Part shown: piece by piece, positions 1 to 13,500 of the stretch
How the letters are laid out: every line of letters begins with the position of its first letter
Position numbering within the stretch: the stretch's first letter is position 1
DNA from: Orbicella franksi
Taxonomy: Eukaryota
Reading direction: 5' to 3'
Length of the DNA: 64,000 bases
Assembly (NCBI GenBank): GCA_964199315.1
Contig: OZ116699.1
Span: 37,076,001-37,140,000 of the forward strand
Made by a program: the position numbers and the translations under genes
Notes under the pieces: generated by a model
What the model was told of the DNA's origin: nothing
Databases searched by the model: none
What the model saw: the letters and a program-made list of their open reading frames with translations, nothing else

Positions 1-3000
1 AGTTACTGGACCAACTGAATGCTGACGAGGATAATGAGTATGTGGTGTGTCTTCAAAAGCTAGATGCTCATTTTTGAGGCGAGGAAAATGTACTGTACGA
101 GTGGTATGTCTTTTGTCGACTTGCACCAACATGAGGAGACCTTTGACAAGTTCATGGTTCGTTTACAGAAACAAGCTCGTCATTGTAATTTTGGTGCAAC
201 TTTGGAGGAAAATTTGCTGACCAATTGATTGAAAAGTTGCCTATTGTTGAGCTAAAGAAGAAGCTATAATATTACTCTGGAAGGTGCAATGGATAAAGTT
301 CAAAAGTGGGAAGCCTTGCGTGAGCAGGCAAGTCAAATGGTCAGGCCAAGCCAAGAACCTGGAGTAGGCACTAAATACAGTTGAAGAGAGTCCTGGATGT
401 GGAATCAAAGGAAAAATTGTTTGTTTCAACTGTGGTAAAGAAGGTCACTTTGCTCAAAGTAAAAGTTGTCCAGCCTGAGGTCAAAAGTGCAGCAAGTGTG
501 GTAAATATGACCATTATGCTAGCTGTTGCAAAGGGTGAAGGAACCCAAAGTCTAGAAAACAAGGCACCACCCAACAATGGGGAGGCAGACAGCAGCGTTG
601 TGGTAATGGGAGACAGGCCAATCAAGTTGAGGATCATTGTAACATTCTTTGCTTTTACTATTAATGGAGGAACAGACTTGTGCTCTGTCAAATTCCGCAG
701 AGCCAGTGATCTTGGTGAACATTGGTGGATTCTGCAGAGATGTGTTAATTGATTCAGGTTCTGCAAGTAACCTTATTAGTAAAGATACACTGCAGCAACT
801 GAAGTATCAGGGGCTAAAGATTGAATTCAAACCTTGCACCAAGAGATTCTATGCTTATGGGGGTCACGAGCTTGGAGCTGAAGGACAGTTTCAGTCACAA
901 GGTTCCATATCAAAAACAAAAGTTGTGGCAAATTTCACTGTTGTTGTCCGGTTGCTGTTTGCTGGGATATTTGACTGCCACAGATCATGGAATCCTTCGT
1001 TTGGATCCCATGGGAACTCTCGGGACAGCTGACTGTAACACTGTTGATGATACCTTTGTGAGAGATCTCAAAATACCCCAGTGTGTTCCAGGGAACTGGA
1101 AACTTCAAGCTACACATTGATCCTAGTGTAACTCCAGTCATTCAAAATATGCGTTGAGTACCTTTTTCTCTAAAGGACAAAGTAACTGCCAAGGTTGATG
1201 AACTCCTTGAAAAGGACATAATTGAGAAAGTTGAGGGACCTATAGTGTGGGTAAGCCCAGTTGTTGTTGCTCCAAAACCATTGGGGGACATAAGGTTATG
1301 TGTTGATATGCAAAGAGCTACATGAAATGAGGACATTATTCAGGAAAGATTGCCTATACGAACCATAGATGAAGTCCTTGAAAGCCTTAATGGGAGTGGT
1401 GTTTTCTTGAAGTTATATTTAAGGTGAGGTTTTCACCAAATTGAGTTGTATCCTGAGTGAAGGGATGTCACTGCTTTTGCCACCTGTGATGGTATATTCC
1501 GCTGCAAGCATTTGAGTTTTGGTGTTAATGCCGCACCAGAGAAGTACCAGCTTACCATCATCCAGTCAATGGCAAGTCTACAAGGAGTGGCAAACATGGC
1601 AGATGATCTTATTGTTCATGGTCGAGACACTGAGGAACATGATAAGACTGTACACAGTGTGTTGCAATGTCTTAGTGAGAAGCAGCTGACTTTGAATGCT
1701 GAGAAGTGCATCTTGCGAATGACTAAAGTGGTATTCATGGGTCTTTTGCTTAGCAAGCATGGAGTCGGCCCTACTGAGGAAAAAGTCAGAGCTGCTGTAG
1801 AAGCGAGTCAGCCTCAGACACATTCAGAGGTTCGTAGCTTCTCAAGTCTCGTTTGATTTAGTGCCACCAGGGTTTATACCTGATTTTGCTACCACTGCTG
1901 ATCCCCTCAGAAAACTTGTAAGAAAAGGAGAATCGTTCGTGTGGGGCAAGGAGCAGGAGCAGTCATTTCTGAGATTGAAGAGTCAAGTTGCAAGTGCACC
2001 AGTCCTAGCTTACATTGTATATGTACTTCGATAAGGACACGCCTACCTGTGTTATTGCTGACACAAGTCCAGTTGGGCTTGGTGCTGTGCTGGTATGAGA
2101 AAAGAATGGGTAAAGCGGTGCTATCTGTTATGCCAGTTGTAGTTTGAGTCAAGTGGAGTGCTGTTATAGTCAGACAAGGAAGGAAGCACCAGCCTTAGTC
2201 TGGGCGTGTTAACTCTTCTACGTCTACTTGTACAGGCTCCCACTGTTTGATCTGGTGACAGACCATGAAGCACAAACTCTTACATTGTAAAGTCATCTAC
2301 TCAAGAAGTCTAAATCTTTTAGTCAGAATAGAGCGCTGGGTTCTGTGCTTACGACTGTAAAACTATCAAGTTTGCTATGTGGCTTCTAGAAAAAACATCG
2401 CAGATGCCCTTTCCCGATGGACCAAGAAAACTGCTTCAGATCAGTCCATGGAAAATGAGGGATACGTTTGCATGACAATCAAAGAGATTGAATGGGTCTC
2501 AGCACAAGACTCGGAGTTGCAAGCAGTCAGGAATTGCTTGATCAAAGGAAAATGGAACATTTCTCCTAAGCAGTATTTGCCAGTGCACAATGAGTCGACT
2601 TTTGCCAGTCATGTGATTTACGGGGATATATACCCCAAGCACTTCGCAAGAGAGTAATTGTCAGTTTGAATTGGCACAAGAAGGGCACCAGGGAGTTGTA
2701 AAGACAAAGGAGAGACTTTAAGAACAAAGGTCTGGTGGGCTGCTATGAATTGTGGTGCTGAGAGAAGATGTGTAGTGTGTTACGGGTGTCAGGTGGTTAC
2801 CAAGAACGTTCCACCCCCACCATTGAAATCATTTCCCAACCAACCATTGGAAGAAGTAGCTGTGTATCTAATAGGTCCGTTACCTTCTGGAGAACATTTG
2901 GTTAGTTCTTGTTGATTACTACAGTCGTTGGGTGGAAGTTGATGTTATCCAAGCAACCTCCAGTAAAACTATCATTCATTGCTTGGATGCCCAATTTGCG

Positions 3001-3669
3001 AGACATGGATTACCTAAAGGTCTGCATACCGACAATGGCTCAAATCTGAAGTCCATGAGAGCAGCCCATACAGAAGGAAAGAATTGGAGAGAGGAGTTAA
3101 GCAGGTTCTTTCAGGCGTATAGGTCCATGCCACAGTTAGCTACAGGAAAGAGTCCTGCCAAGGAACTGTTTAGAAGAAAGACTAAAACTAAAATGCCTGA
3201 GCTAGTCAATGTTGACAAGGAGGAAGTAGAAGTACTGTAAGTGACCAAGTCTTCCGTGATCGGGACACCTAGGGAAAGCAGTCCAACATGGACTATGTTG
3301 ACAAGAGGTTTCATGCCAGAGACTGAATTATGAGAGAAACCTGAGAAAGAAAAGTAAGCTTTCACTTTGCTATGAGAAGGAACCATATCAGGCGATATCT
3401 GGTCATGATCACCGCAAGGTGTTCAGGACAAGCGCAATCTTCAGCATGTTAAGCCCTTCAATATGCCAGATCTGAAAGAACAAGAAACGCCGCTACAGGA
3501 TACTGAACCACTCACTGAACCTAAGCCAATTGAGGCACCACCTATGGCAGAGGATCCAGTACCAATGGCTGAATCACCACCAGAAGTTGTACCTTCTGCT
3601 ATACCTACAGCTGAGCAGCCTTTGAGGAGATCTAGCAGAATTACGAGCCATCCAAAAAGGCTCTGAATG
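1..3669 (+). mobile_element. Decayed Ty3/Gypsy LTR retrotransposon internal region (gag-pol pseudogene)
   Basis: Domains occur in Gypsy order. Two zinc knuckles (CFNCGKEGHFAQSKSC, CSKCGKYDHYASC, ~420-530); aspartic protease VLIDSGSASNLIS (~740-780); RT IRLCVDM (~1290) and MADDLIVHG (~1600); RNase H ADALSRW (~2400); integrase GHQGVVKTKE, VDYYSRWVEV, TDNG (~2680-3050). Many stops and frameshifts. Confidence 0.93.
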
Positions 3670-3910
3670 ATTATGTTGTGTACTAAAACTAGTGACATTT
3701 GCATTGTCATATGACTATTTGTTGTTATTGCATGAGTGACGTTGGAACGTTTTATGAACTGAACTGCAAAGGCTACATGTATGTTTATGCCTAGTGTGAC
3801 TTCTGTTTTGAACATTTGGATTTGAACTGAACTTTGACGGTGATTAAAGAAATGAGAAGTTTGTAATATTTCTGTCTTTTGAGATTAACTATCTAAGTGA
3901 AGAAAGAGGG

Positions 3911-4081
3911 TGGATACACAGCTGTAGTACATTAGGATAGGACAGTGGTTGTAAAGTCATGTAAAAGTATGCATCCCAGATATATAGGACTAGCACAGGA
4001 AGATTGAGTGTGTTGAAACGTGTACTGTTGTCTTTCAGCTACGTGGCTGACTTTTTTGGCTTACTTTTGCAGTTCACTACA
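3911..4081 (+). repeat. Probable 3' LTR of the Gypsy element
   Basis: A purine-rich tract GAAGAAAGAGGG (~3899-3910) follows integrase. TGTAGT (3923) ... ACTACA (4081) are short inverted termini. The exact left boundary is uncertain and the 5' LTR is outside the window. Confidence 0.45.
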
Positions 4082-4524
4082 GTTGTGTGAGTACAACTGC
4101 AATGATCAATCATGTCTTCATACCTTTCTCCGCAGTTCAAATATATGACCTTTCAATGTCACTTGTATGAAACTTTAATATCAAAAATAGTGTTCCTGCT
4201 GACTAAAGATGCCAACTTGATATTTTTGGCCTTCCAATCTGGGAAATGAGGCCCAAAACAGTGAAAAAACTCTGAGCAATGTCTTTTGACAAAATGAAAG
4301 GCCACATGCAAAAATTTGAGTAAAGTTTGTGTTTGATAAAATTGAAATGACTAAAAATGTTGTTAAGAATAGTGTTTATAGCCCTGACCTTTCTGCAGTT
4401 GTAGCAGATTAAAATGTATGTTTGACTAAGTTGCACTGTAGTGCATCTACATGTCAGTAGATTTAGTATAAGAACCACTGCATGTCAGACTTTTTATGTG
4501 TGGTTTTATAATTATATCTTGCAG

Positions 4525-7500
4525 AAAAGCCCCAAAGTATTAGTAGACAGCAATTTAATGTAGCAGTCTATGGATTTCCAGTGCAGGAAGTAATTGTTAA
4601 ATGGCCAACACTGCAAGCAAATGTGACAAATGAACTCTTTGTTGGTCGAGTTCCTGCTGACGATCCTTTTGATTGTGTATTCAATAGTACTGCACAATAC
4701 AGAAGAACCCCAGAGTTTCAGAATGAAATGCTGTCATGCCATATTGGAACAGATGTCCTTGGAAAGTTGTTTCAAGGGGATGAGCTGTGGGATCATTGCA
4801 GTAACCCTTTTTATACGTGTTCCGTACTATGTGTCAAGGTGGTAGTTAAGAATTCATTTGGTGTAAGTGAGAGTGACCCAGCACGTTGGAATTTGGTACA
4901 CGAGAGTGAGTTTTTAATATTTATTATTTTTTACATAATGTAGGGACAATGTATTCAATCAAAATTGTTCAATCATGTATTTAGAGAATAGTCCAAGGAA
5001 ATTATGCATGCTGATTTGTTAAAAATTGTGCGTGATAAATTGTGCGTGATAGTTGAGGAGGGCACAGCCCTCCTCAACTATCACGCATAGAAATCGAGAG
5101 TGAATAATCTAATTGTTTTAGTATAGTTCTACTAGTCGTTCAAAACTTTATCTAAATACTCTTCACAGACACCTTGAAATTAAATGCCAAGAAGTGGCCA
5201 TCATTTTGTTAACAAGCGCACATTGTGGCGTAGTCAATCAGAGAACAACATTCGTGATAGAACGCTAGTCGATTTATTCTAAGACTTGATGGAAACACAG
5301 ACCTAGCACAAGCTGTTGACATACAATCATGTAATGATGGCATCAGCAAATAAAGAGAATTATGTTGTTTCCTTTTTCCATTGCAGTATTTTCTAAAACA
5401 AGCTACATGTTCTCCGTGCTTCTAGTGAGTTATGTTGTATAGCTCTAACACTCTTTCAAGTTTGGGAGAACTTGAAAAATCTGGGAATGCTAAGAATTGC
5501 AGTATTTTTGTAATCTAAATACTACTAAGGTGGAAAGGACAAGAGGATTATGGAAATCCACTCACCTATTTTGTATTAGTGGCCTATACTGACATGTATC
5601 TCCTTGCAAGGCAATTTCAAGCCAGTGATCGCTCTCTCGGTGGCTGACAGGAGCCCTGTGTATGACTGGAAGTGAACTGGGTTACACTGACGACTCGACT
5701 CAGTCCATAAACCCCCAAAAACTTGGCCATTATCCAGCCATTTTGATCTCACGCTAGGTCAACAACCCATATACATTTATCTAGCCTCATTTGAGTGATG
5801 TATTTGTTNNNNNNNNNNNNNNNNNNNNNNNNNNNNNNNNNNNNNNNNNNNNNNNNNNNNNNNNNNNNNNNNNNNNNNNNNNNNNNNNNNNNNNNNNNNN
5901 NNNNNNNNNNNNNNNNNNNNNNNNNNNNNNNNNNNNNNNNNNNNNNNNNNNNNNNNNNNNNNNNNNNNNNNNGTTACTGTTATTGTCATTATTACTATTA
6001 TTGTTGTTGTTGTTGTTGTTGTTATTATTAAATGATTATGGTGCTATTATTTTGCTGTATCCTATTCGCTTGGCAGTATTGGTTTGAAAGTCTGCACAAG
6101 TGTTGTGACTGCCAGTCAGCTGAGAGGGATGAGGGAGAAAACAAGTAACTTTAACCGGATGGGGAGATGTGGTTCTCTGAACCCTTCACTAACTGATATT
6201 GGCAACACTAACTGGTCCCCAGTCCATTGGAGATATTATCTTTTCCTCCCCACTCTTTTACTATCAGTCTAAATGGCCTGACTCTCCATGACCCTGAGGC
6301 ATGATGGACATCCTTTCTTTTGCTGCCAATTTAAACAGCCTCACTCTCCATGACTCTAAAGCCATGCGCATGTGCGTTTTTCCTATTAGATAATTTGTGG
6401 TATCCAGTCTACGGCCACGCCACATACGTACCAACATTGCTGTTAATAGTATTTACTGGGTCGCATAGCAGTGAGGTGAATTTCCACCACTAAATTCAAC
6501 TCCACTTCTGTCAATAATTGTTAAATATTCTGAATATACGTTTCTTTCATATTGTAGCACTTTGTCCCCCTCTTCGCAATCTGACTGTGTCATTTGGTGA
6601 ACATCATTTTACCGCCAGTTGGCAGTGTCAACAAGTAGAAATGCGTGTGGATTATGATGTTACATATGTCATAACACCAGTGCTGACAGGAGAGGTAGTT
6701 ACCAATTAACTTAATGAGTTTTTTCGTGCTTTTTTCTTGGTTACATGAAAAATTCCCTAAGCCTTCAAGCCAAACAGACTTGCAAGTAGATGCAAGTTGA
6801 AAACTTGGGTGTACTTGCGATTCCGTTTGGCCAGGCCTTGCATGCACTTGCGTTGCCTTGCAATGCCGTGCACGGAAGTCGACACAGATTTTCACCGTTT
6901 GTTTATCCAACCCAAGTCAATTCAAGTTGATTGACGTGTATTCATTGTTATAGTAACCTATTAGCCAATGAAATACAGGATATGTTTGTGTGATGGTCGC
7001 ATTTTGGCCATGCGGGACTGAGCCCGTTGCCTTGAAATCTTTTTTAAGCGATCTGCGTATACTTGAGAGGTAACTTGTGTGTCTGTTTGGTCCCCCAACG
7101 CAAGTCTCTACACAAGTTCAACTTGCAACTACTTGCAAGTCCATTTGGCAGGGCTCTAAGGTTTTGCATGAAAACGCCATTAAAATCCTTTCAAATTGCT
7201 GTTAATTTACCATGAATAAATTCACTGGATTTTCACATGTTTTCAGTTCATAGTGATAGTTATCTGGGAAATTTTACATGCATGTTCTAAAATACAAAAT
7301 GCTAGCATAAGAACAAAGTTTGAGGGCTTACATGAAGTGTCTTATAAGATAAAAGTTCCAAGGACACCTATCATCCCATATAGGCCCTTGGCATTCACCA
7401 CTAGATTGTCCTGTAGCAGTGTGAAAAAAAAACTGAGAAGGGCATGAATCTATTTATTGAAATGTCAAACCACTCTGCATGGGGCATTTTGCTTCCATAA

Positions 7501-10500
7501 TTAAATTTGTACTTGTTCAAACAATTTTCCATGTCAGTAATTGACTGGCAAAAATATTAGAAAGCGAAATTAAAACCTTGCTATTTTCCACAATCTTGAA
7601 ACCTCTGTGTTCATTTGCCTTTTTCCAATCCTGTGGGTTACTGCAGTTTTCAGACTTACTAGTAGTACTACGTTTTGTCACCTTAAAATCTGAATCAGAA
7701 AGTCATGTTTCATGAACCACTAGCAGGCGCTATTGTCTGAGAGCCCATGACCACTGAAAAGATTGAAAGAAGAACTTTGAAAGTCTGGCAACCGGTAGTT
7801 ACTTTTTAAAATTCAGTTCAGATTTGAAGCTATTATAGACATGGAATTATTTTTTGTAATGAACAGCAAACAGCTTATAATTATTACCTGTACCTGAAAT
7901 TTTACTTTGTACTTTTCAATAGACATCACCTCTCCAAACGTTTAAGGCCCGTGCTAAGAACTGTACTGAATATGTTTTTCGGAGCACACATGCAATTATA
8001 CCATTTGCATGGTATAATTTTACAGCAACTTGTAGCATGCGATTTCAAAAGGGCCCTGCTGTTCATACTGAAGTAAAAAGCAAAGAAGCTGGTAAGATTA
8101 TGGATATAAAGCTGTTGTAATGTACTAGCTGTATTATTGTTTGGTGCATATAATATTGCACGTACTATATGGGTGGATTTCGATATATTAATAATTCTAG
8201 TTCAGCTTTGAGGCATAGGGGAAAAAACAAACAAATCACATCGAGGTGGTAGGATGAATAAATAATTCCATAATTATGTATAATATTCCCCTGAACTTCA
8301 TAGCCAAGTTAGAATTTTAATACATTAGACGTATAAATTGGCCTATTTACATGTACATGTAGCTATATGCGTCTAAACCCCCCCCCCCCCAAAAAAAAAA
8401 AAAAAAAAATGTTAAAATATGGTTTTTGCATCACAGCAATACCACATGGCAAAGTAGTGTTAATAAGAACACGCTTATTTCTTTGTGAATGTGATATAAT
8501 TAAATGAAAAATGTCATAAACTTTAACTCAAGAACTGTGACAATAGCAGCTCTGATAGTCATAATGTTCAATATTACGTTCCGATAAGAAGGCGGACTTC
8601 GTAACTCATTGTTCTAATTAGCCTATTCAATGTCAGTGTCTTCACTGTTATTATCGCTGTAGGGGCACGTATTGGAATAGGGGTGCTCAATGGGTAACGC
8701 CGAAATTGAGCGCTGTCATATACTACATTTCTTTTCCTGTCTGTTTCCAGCACCCAGTGAAGCTCCCCCTTCATGTGAAGTGAAGAACAGGTCAAGACAT
8801 AAAGCTTCTGTATACTGGAAGGTGATGACTCTAACGTTTTCAGTTGGTGGGAAAACGACACATGCTTTATATTCTGCTGCATGTATGGTGTGCTGCATGT
8901 ATGGTGTGCTGCATGTTATTGCACGGGTATTAGGAGATTTATCATTAGAAAATTCTTAATTGTTAGATGAGTGAAGCATGTAGCTTCTTAGTTATTAAAA
9001 ACGGTAATTAACAACGACTGCATAATTTTGGAGAAACTGCAGCACATGTGCAATCGTTAAAAATCGTCATTAGAAAAAACAGCTTTGCACCTCTTCTTAC
9101 AACTGACTCGCAGTGACTCACAGAACTAGTGCATCAAGGCCAAAAGACTCATCATAGGTCCCTTTGGTACATTGGGGACGACTTTCACAGTCCTGAAAGT
9201 CAAACGTCCACCTCCTATCTCTGATACAGTTATAAATAGTTTAGTTTTTGGCCTTTTTGTAACAATAATTTTCCTTTTTACACAGTTGCCACCAATTAGT
9301 ACTTGGAATGGCAAACCCAACAAGTTCTTGGTTTACTATGGTGATCAAAGGGTAGCTGTCAACACATCCCTGGCTGAATTACTAACACTTCCTGACAGAT
9401 CGCCGGCTCCAGTCAAGTTAAAAAATCTTGATCCAGGCAAAAATTACACCGTAAGCGTGGCCATGTGCACTGCAGGCGGTTGTGGAAACATGAGCGAGCC
9501 ATGCTTCATTCTCGAGAACAATGAAGACGACTCTGATACAATAGGTTAGCTCTTGAGTATTTCGCGTCATGGACGAGGGAAGTTAATAACTAGACTGTGA
9601 ATGTGTAAAAGAAAGGAGAAAGTTGAAAATGAAATGTTGCCTTTGAACAAGCAGTGTTTTAATAATTCAATTATGCCGAGAACTGGATCACGTATTTGCC
9701 TTTGTTTTCATTTGCATAAAGTACTGTAGTCATCAAGGTGTGTTTGATCACGATGGTTTTCATCGTTTGACTCGGATCTAAAACTTTCTTATGTCACTTG
9801 TCTGGGTCACTCTTTTTTTTTTTTTTTTTTTCATTTTTCTAAGAAAATGTGTGGAGAAATATGATACAATCATTATACGACGCGCAGCGGAGTATTTTTG
9901 ACGAAATTCGAGGTGTTTGTATAGCCTATGAAACACTGTCTCGAGTGTTTGATATATCTTCTCAATCGAAACAAAAACTTAGAAGTAAACGGAGAAGTAA
10001 AATCGTCAAAATGTATGCTAATTAAGACTGGGTATCCAAACCTCCTTCGTGGTTGTGATTTTCTTTGTTTTAACTTGAGTGAATTATAAATGAGTCTAAG
10101 AAATACATTTATTAGTTAGTCAGAGTCCAAACCTCCTCTTTGGCCACAAAAATGCAAGTCTCGGATTTCTTTTGAAATTACTGGAAGTTTTGAGACTAAG
10201 ACTAAAGTTATGCTATATTATTTTGCCCAGCAGCTGCACGCCACCACCCCCCCCCCCCCCCCGCGAAAAACGGTTTGTTTATTAATTTCCTTACACTTGC
10301 AGTTGCCAGTGTTGCCAGTCCTGACCGTACAGGTATGATAACTGGGCTAGTCATCGCTATTGGAGCAGTAGCGGGACTCCTTCTTGGGGTTTTAATATGG
10401 CGAAAAAGGTAATGTATGTTCTCTCAGTCAGTCAGTCAGTCAGTCAGTCAGTCAGTCAGTCAGTCCTTAGTCAGTCAGTCAGTCAGACACAGACAGACAG

Positions 10501-13500
10501 ATAGACAGACAGTCCGTCCGTCCGTCAGTCAGTCAGTCAATCAGTCAGTCAGTCAGTCATTCAGTCAACAGTCAGTCAGTCAGACAGGCAGACAGGCAGA
10601 CAGTCAGTCAGACAGTCAGTCAGGCAGTCAGTTAGGCCCAGTTGAGACGTCGCGCTTTTTCTGTGCCGAACTTAGTTGCAATCAGGTTGGACTGAAGCAA
10701 GGCACAAACACGACTCTGATTTATAGGTCGCGCCAGAGTCGAACCAAATTGAGGATTTGCTGAAGCCTCGTAACAATTAGCCAGCTCACTTGCTCCACAG
10801 TGAACAGAACCTCATGACCACGTGCTTCGAACCGTTTCTGCGCATCTTTTAGCACCTTGCTGTAGACGTCGTTGTTTTGTTTAGAAATGTTTAGAATTCG
10901 CGTAGGAATCTTTATTTATTTATTTATTTTTTTGTAATAATCACTGTTGCAAACGATTTCCTTCCAACGCTTTTCTTCGTTATTTCGGATTCAGCGTCGC
11001 TAGCTGTTCTTCGCCTCGCTACTTGTGATTTCCATAGCCAGCTGGCGAATAGTTTTCATCAAAGGGTTCTTCGTTCGATGATACCTCGCCGCCCTACTCT
11101 TCGGCGGAGGAAATTTCGTTTGCATGTCTTCGCCGAACCGCCTTCCAAGGACTCGGTACTTTTGGAAGTTTACGGTAGGAGAGGCTTTTAGATGCCGGTT
11201 TACCGCAAACGGCGAACGGCTAGGGCTCACGTTACCAGAGCTAGACGTCACCTTCACTCACTCACTCATGCCCTTTACGCCTAAGTGGCATGTAGGGCAG
11301 CAATATGTTCCCTCCACATCTGTCGGTCCCTTGCCATAAACTTGATGCCTTCCCAGGTCTTCCTCATCTCCTTGATTTCCTTCTCCACCGTCCGCCGCCA
11401 TGTGATCTTAGGGCGGCCCCTCTTTGCGTTTTCCTTCTGGCGTCCAATGCGAAGCAGTTTTCGTAATTGAGGCTTCTTGGCGAGCGACGTGGCCAATCCA
11501 CCTCCAACGTCTCCTCATCAGGATGGTAGCCATTGGTTCAGTTCCACACCGTTCAAAGAGATCATTATTTGAGATGACATTAGGCCAAAAGATGCGTAGG
11601 ATACGCCGAAGGCTCTTGGTGTGAAATGTAGAGAGTTTTGATAAATCCTTCTCCGTTAAGCGCCAACATTCTGAACCGTGCAGGAGAGTTGTGAGGACGC
11701 AGCTGTGATAGAGATTCAGCTTGGTACGAATACTGTAAGTGGAGGAGCGCCATACCTTATTCATCATGTTGAGCGAGTTTCTGGCCTTGTTGAGACGGCT
11801 CTGAATGTCCAGGTCAGTTCCTCCATCTCTACTGATGATGCTGCCGAGATAGGCAAATCTGTCTGTGTAAGGAAGTTCTTCATTATCAATCTGGACTGGT
11901 CGTGTGTTGGTAGTATTCAGTGCCATAATTTCGGTCTTTTTGCTGCTGATGTAAAGGCCAACTTGCTTTGCAAAGGTGTTAAGGCGTTGCGTCTTCTCTT
12001 GAATGTGCTTGTGGGTGTGTGATAGTAAGGCAAGATCATCAGCATAATCCAGGTCTTCCAAGTAGGAAAAAAGTAGGGAAAAGGTGTCCATCTAATGCCC
12101 TTGATCTGATCCTCAGTGGTACGCCACATGATCCAGTCCACAACAAGGTTGAAAAGTAATGTGGACATGACACACCCCTGCCTGACACCAGTGTGGACTT
12201 CAAATAAGATGTCACCATCGCCAACACAGCAGGTAAAGTTGTCATAGAAACTTTTGATGATCTCAACAAGGTGGGAGGGGATTCCATACGCTCGTAATAT
12301 CTTCCAGAGGCTGTGTCGATGCACACTATCGAAGGCTTTGGCAAAATCTGCAAAGTTCACATGGAGAGTTCGCTGCCATTCGGTACTCTGTTCAATAATA
12401 TTTCTCAGCGTGAAAATATGATCGATACATCCCCTTCCTCTCCTGAAACCTGCCTGTTCCTCGCGGAGTTTAAGGTCCACAGCCAGTGATAGGCGCTTCA
12501 TGATGACGTTCGCTAGGATCTTACTAGGAGTGGATAATAGTGTAATGCCACGCCAGTTGCTGCATTCAGAGAGAGCTCCTTTCTTTGGTATCTTGATGAT
12601 GATACCCTCATTCCAGTCATCAGGGATTTTCCTTCTGTCCCATATGGTGTTGAAAAGTGGCTGCAAGATGTTTGCGGTGGTCACAGCGTCTGCCTTGAAC
12701 AGCTCAGCATTGAGGCGGTCTTTGCCAGGTGCCTTGTGGTTTTTTTAGAGAATTAATGGCTGCAATGATCTCTTCTTTCTTTGGTGGTCCGATGTCAACA
12801 CTTAGGTCCTCCTCAGCTTCTGGGATATCAGGCTCCTCTTCTGGTGCTGGTCTGTTGAGGACGTCCTTGAAATGTTCTACCCAACGTGTTTCTTGGTCTT
12901 TCTCAGTGGTGAGGAGCTGTCCTTGTTTATCTCGTATGGGGGCATTTCTGCTGCCATTATATTTTACACAGATCAATTTAGTGACTTTATAGACGTTCCT
13001 CTGCTCTCCCTTTTTTGCCGCTTCCTCTGCTTCCTTTGCCAGCTCTTCCATATATGCCCTTTTGTCGGTTCGGATCTTCCTCTTGACATGCCTGTTGGTT
13101 TCTGTGTACGCCGCTATAAACCTCTCTCGGAGTCTGGCTGATCTCCTGTCATTTATTTTCTTCTTCAGCTGGCGTCTTTCCTCAATAACCTGCCACGTGT
13201 CTGGTGTAATCCATTCTTTCTTTCTTTTTGGTCTTCTGCATCCCCAGACAGGTTTTACTTGCTTCATCAAAGATGTTCCTCACTTGCTTCCACTGTTGAT
13301 TTACAGCGTCTTCTTCTTCATTGTCTTGCTCGTCTATGTTACTCAGGGCTTGGAACCTGTTCCTCAGCTGTAGGACAAAGGCTTTCTTAGTCCTAGGGTC
13401 TTGTAGTCTGCTGATGTCATATATAGGGGTGGTGTATTTGTTTGGTCCAGCTGCTCTGAGTTTCAGTCTCACCTTTGCAGTCACAAGATGGTGATCGCTG

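Noticed and set aside
5777-6087. ORFs spanning N runs (also 47745, 48948, 51676-52105)
   Set aside because: Artefacts of gaps and microsatellites.
10416-10763. ORF with SQSV repeats
   Set aside because: Translation of the TCAG microsatellite.
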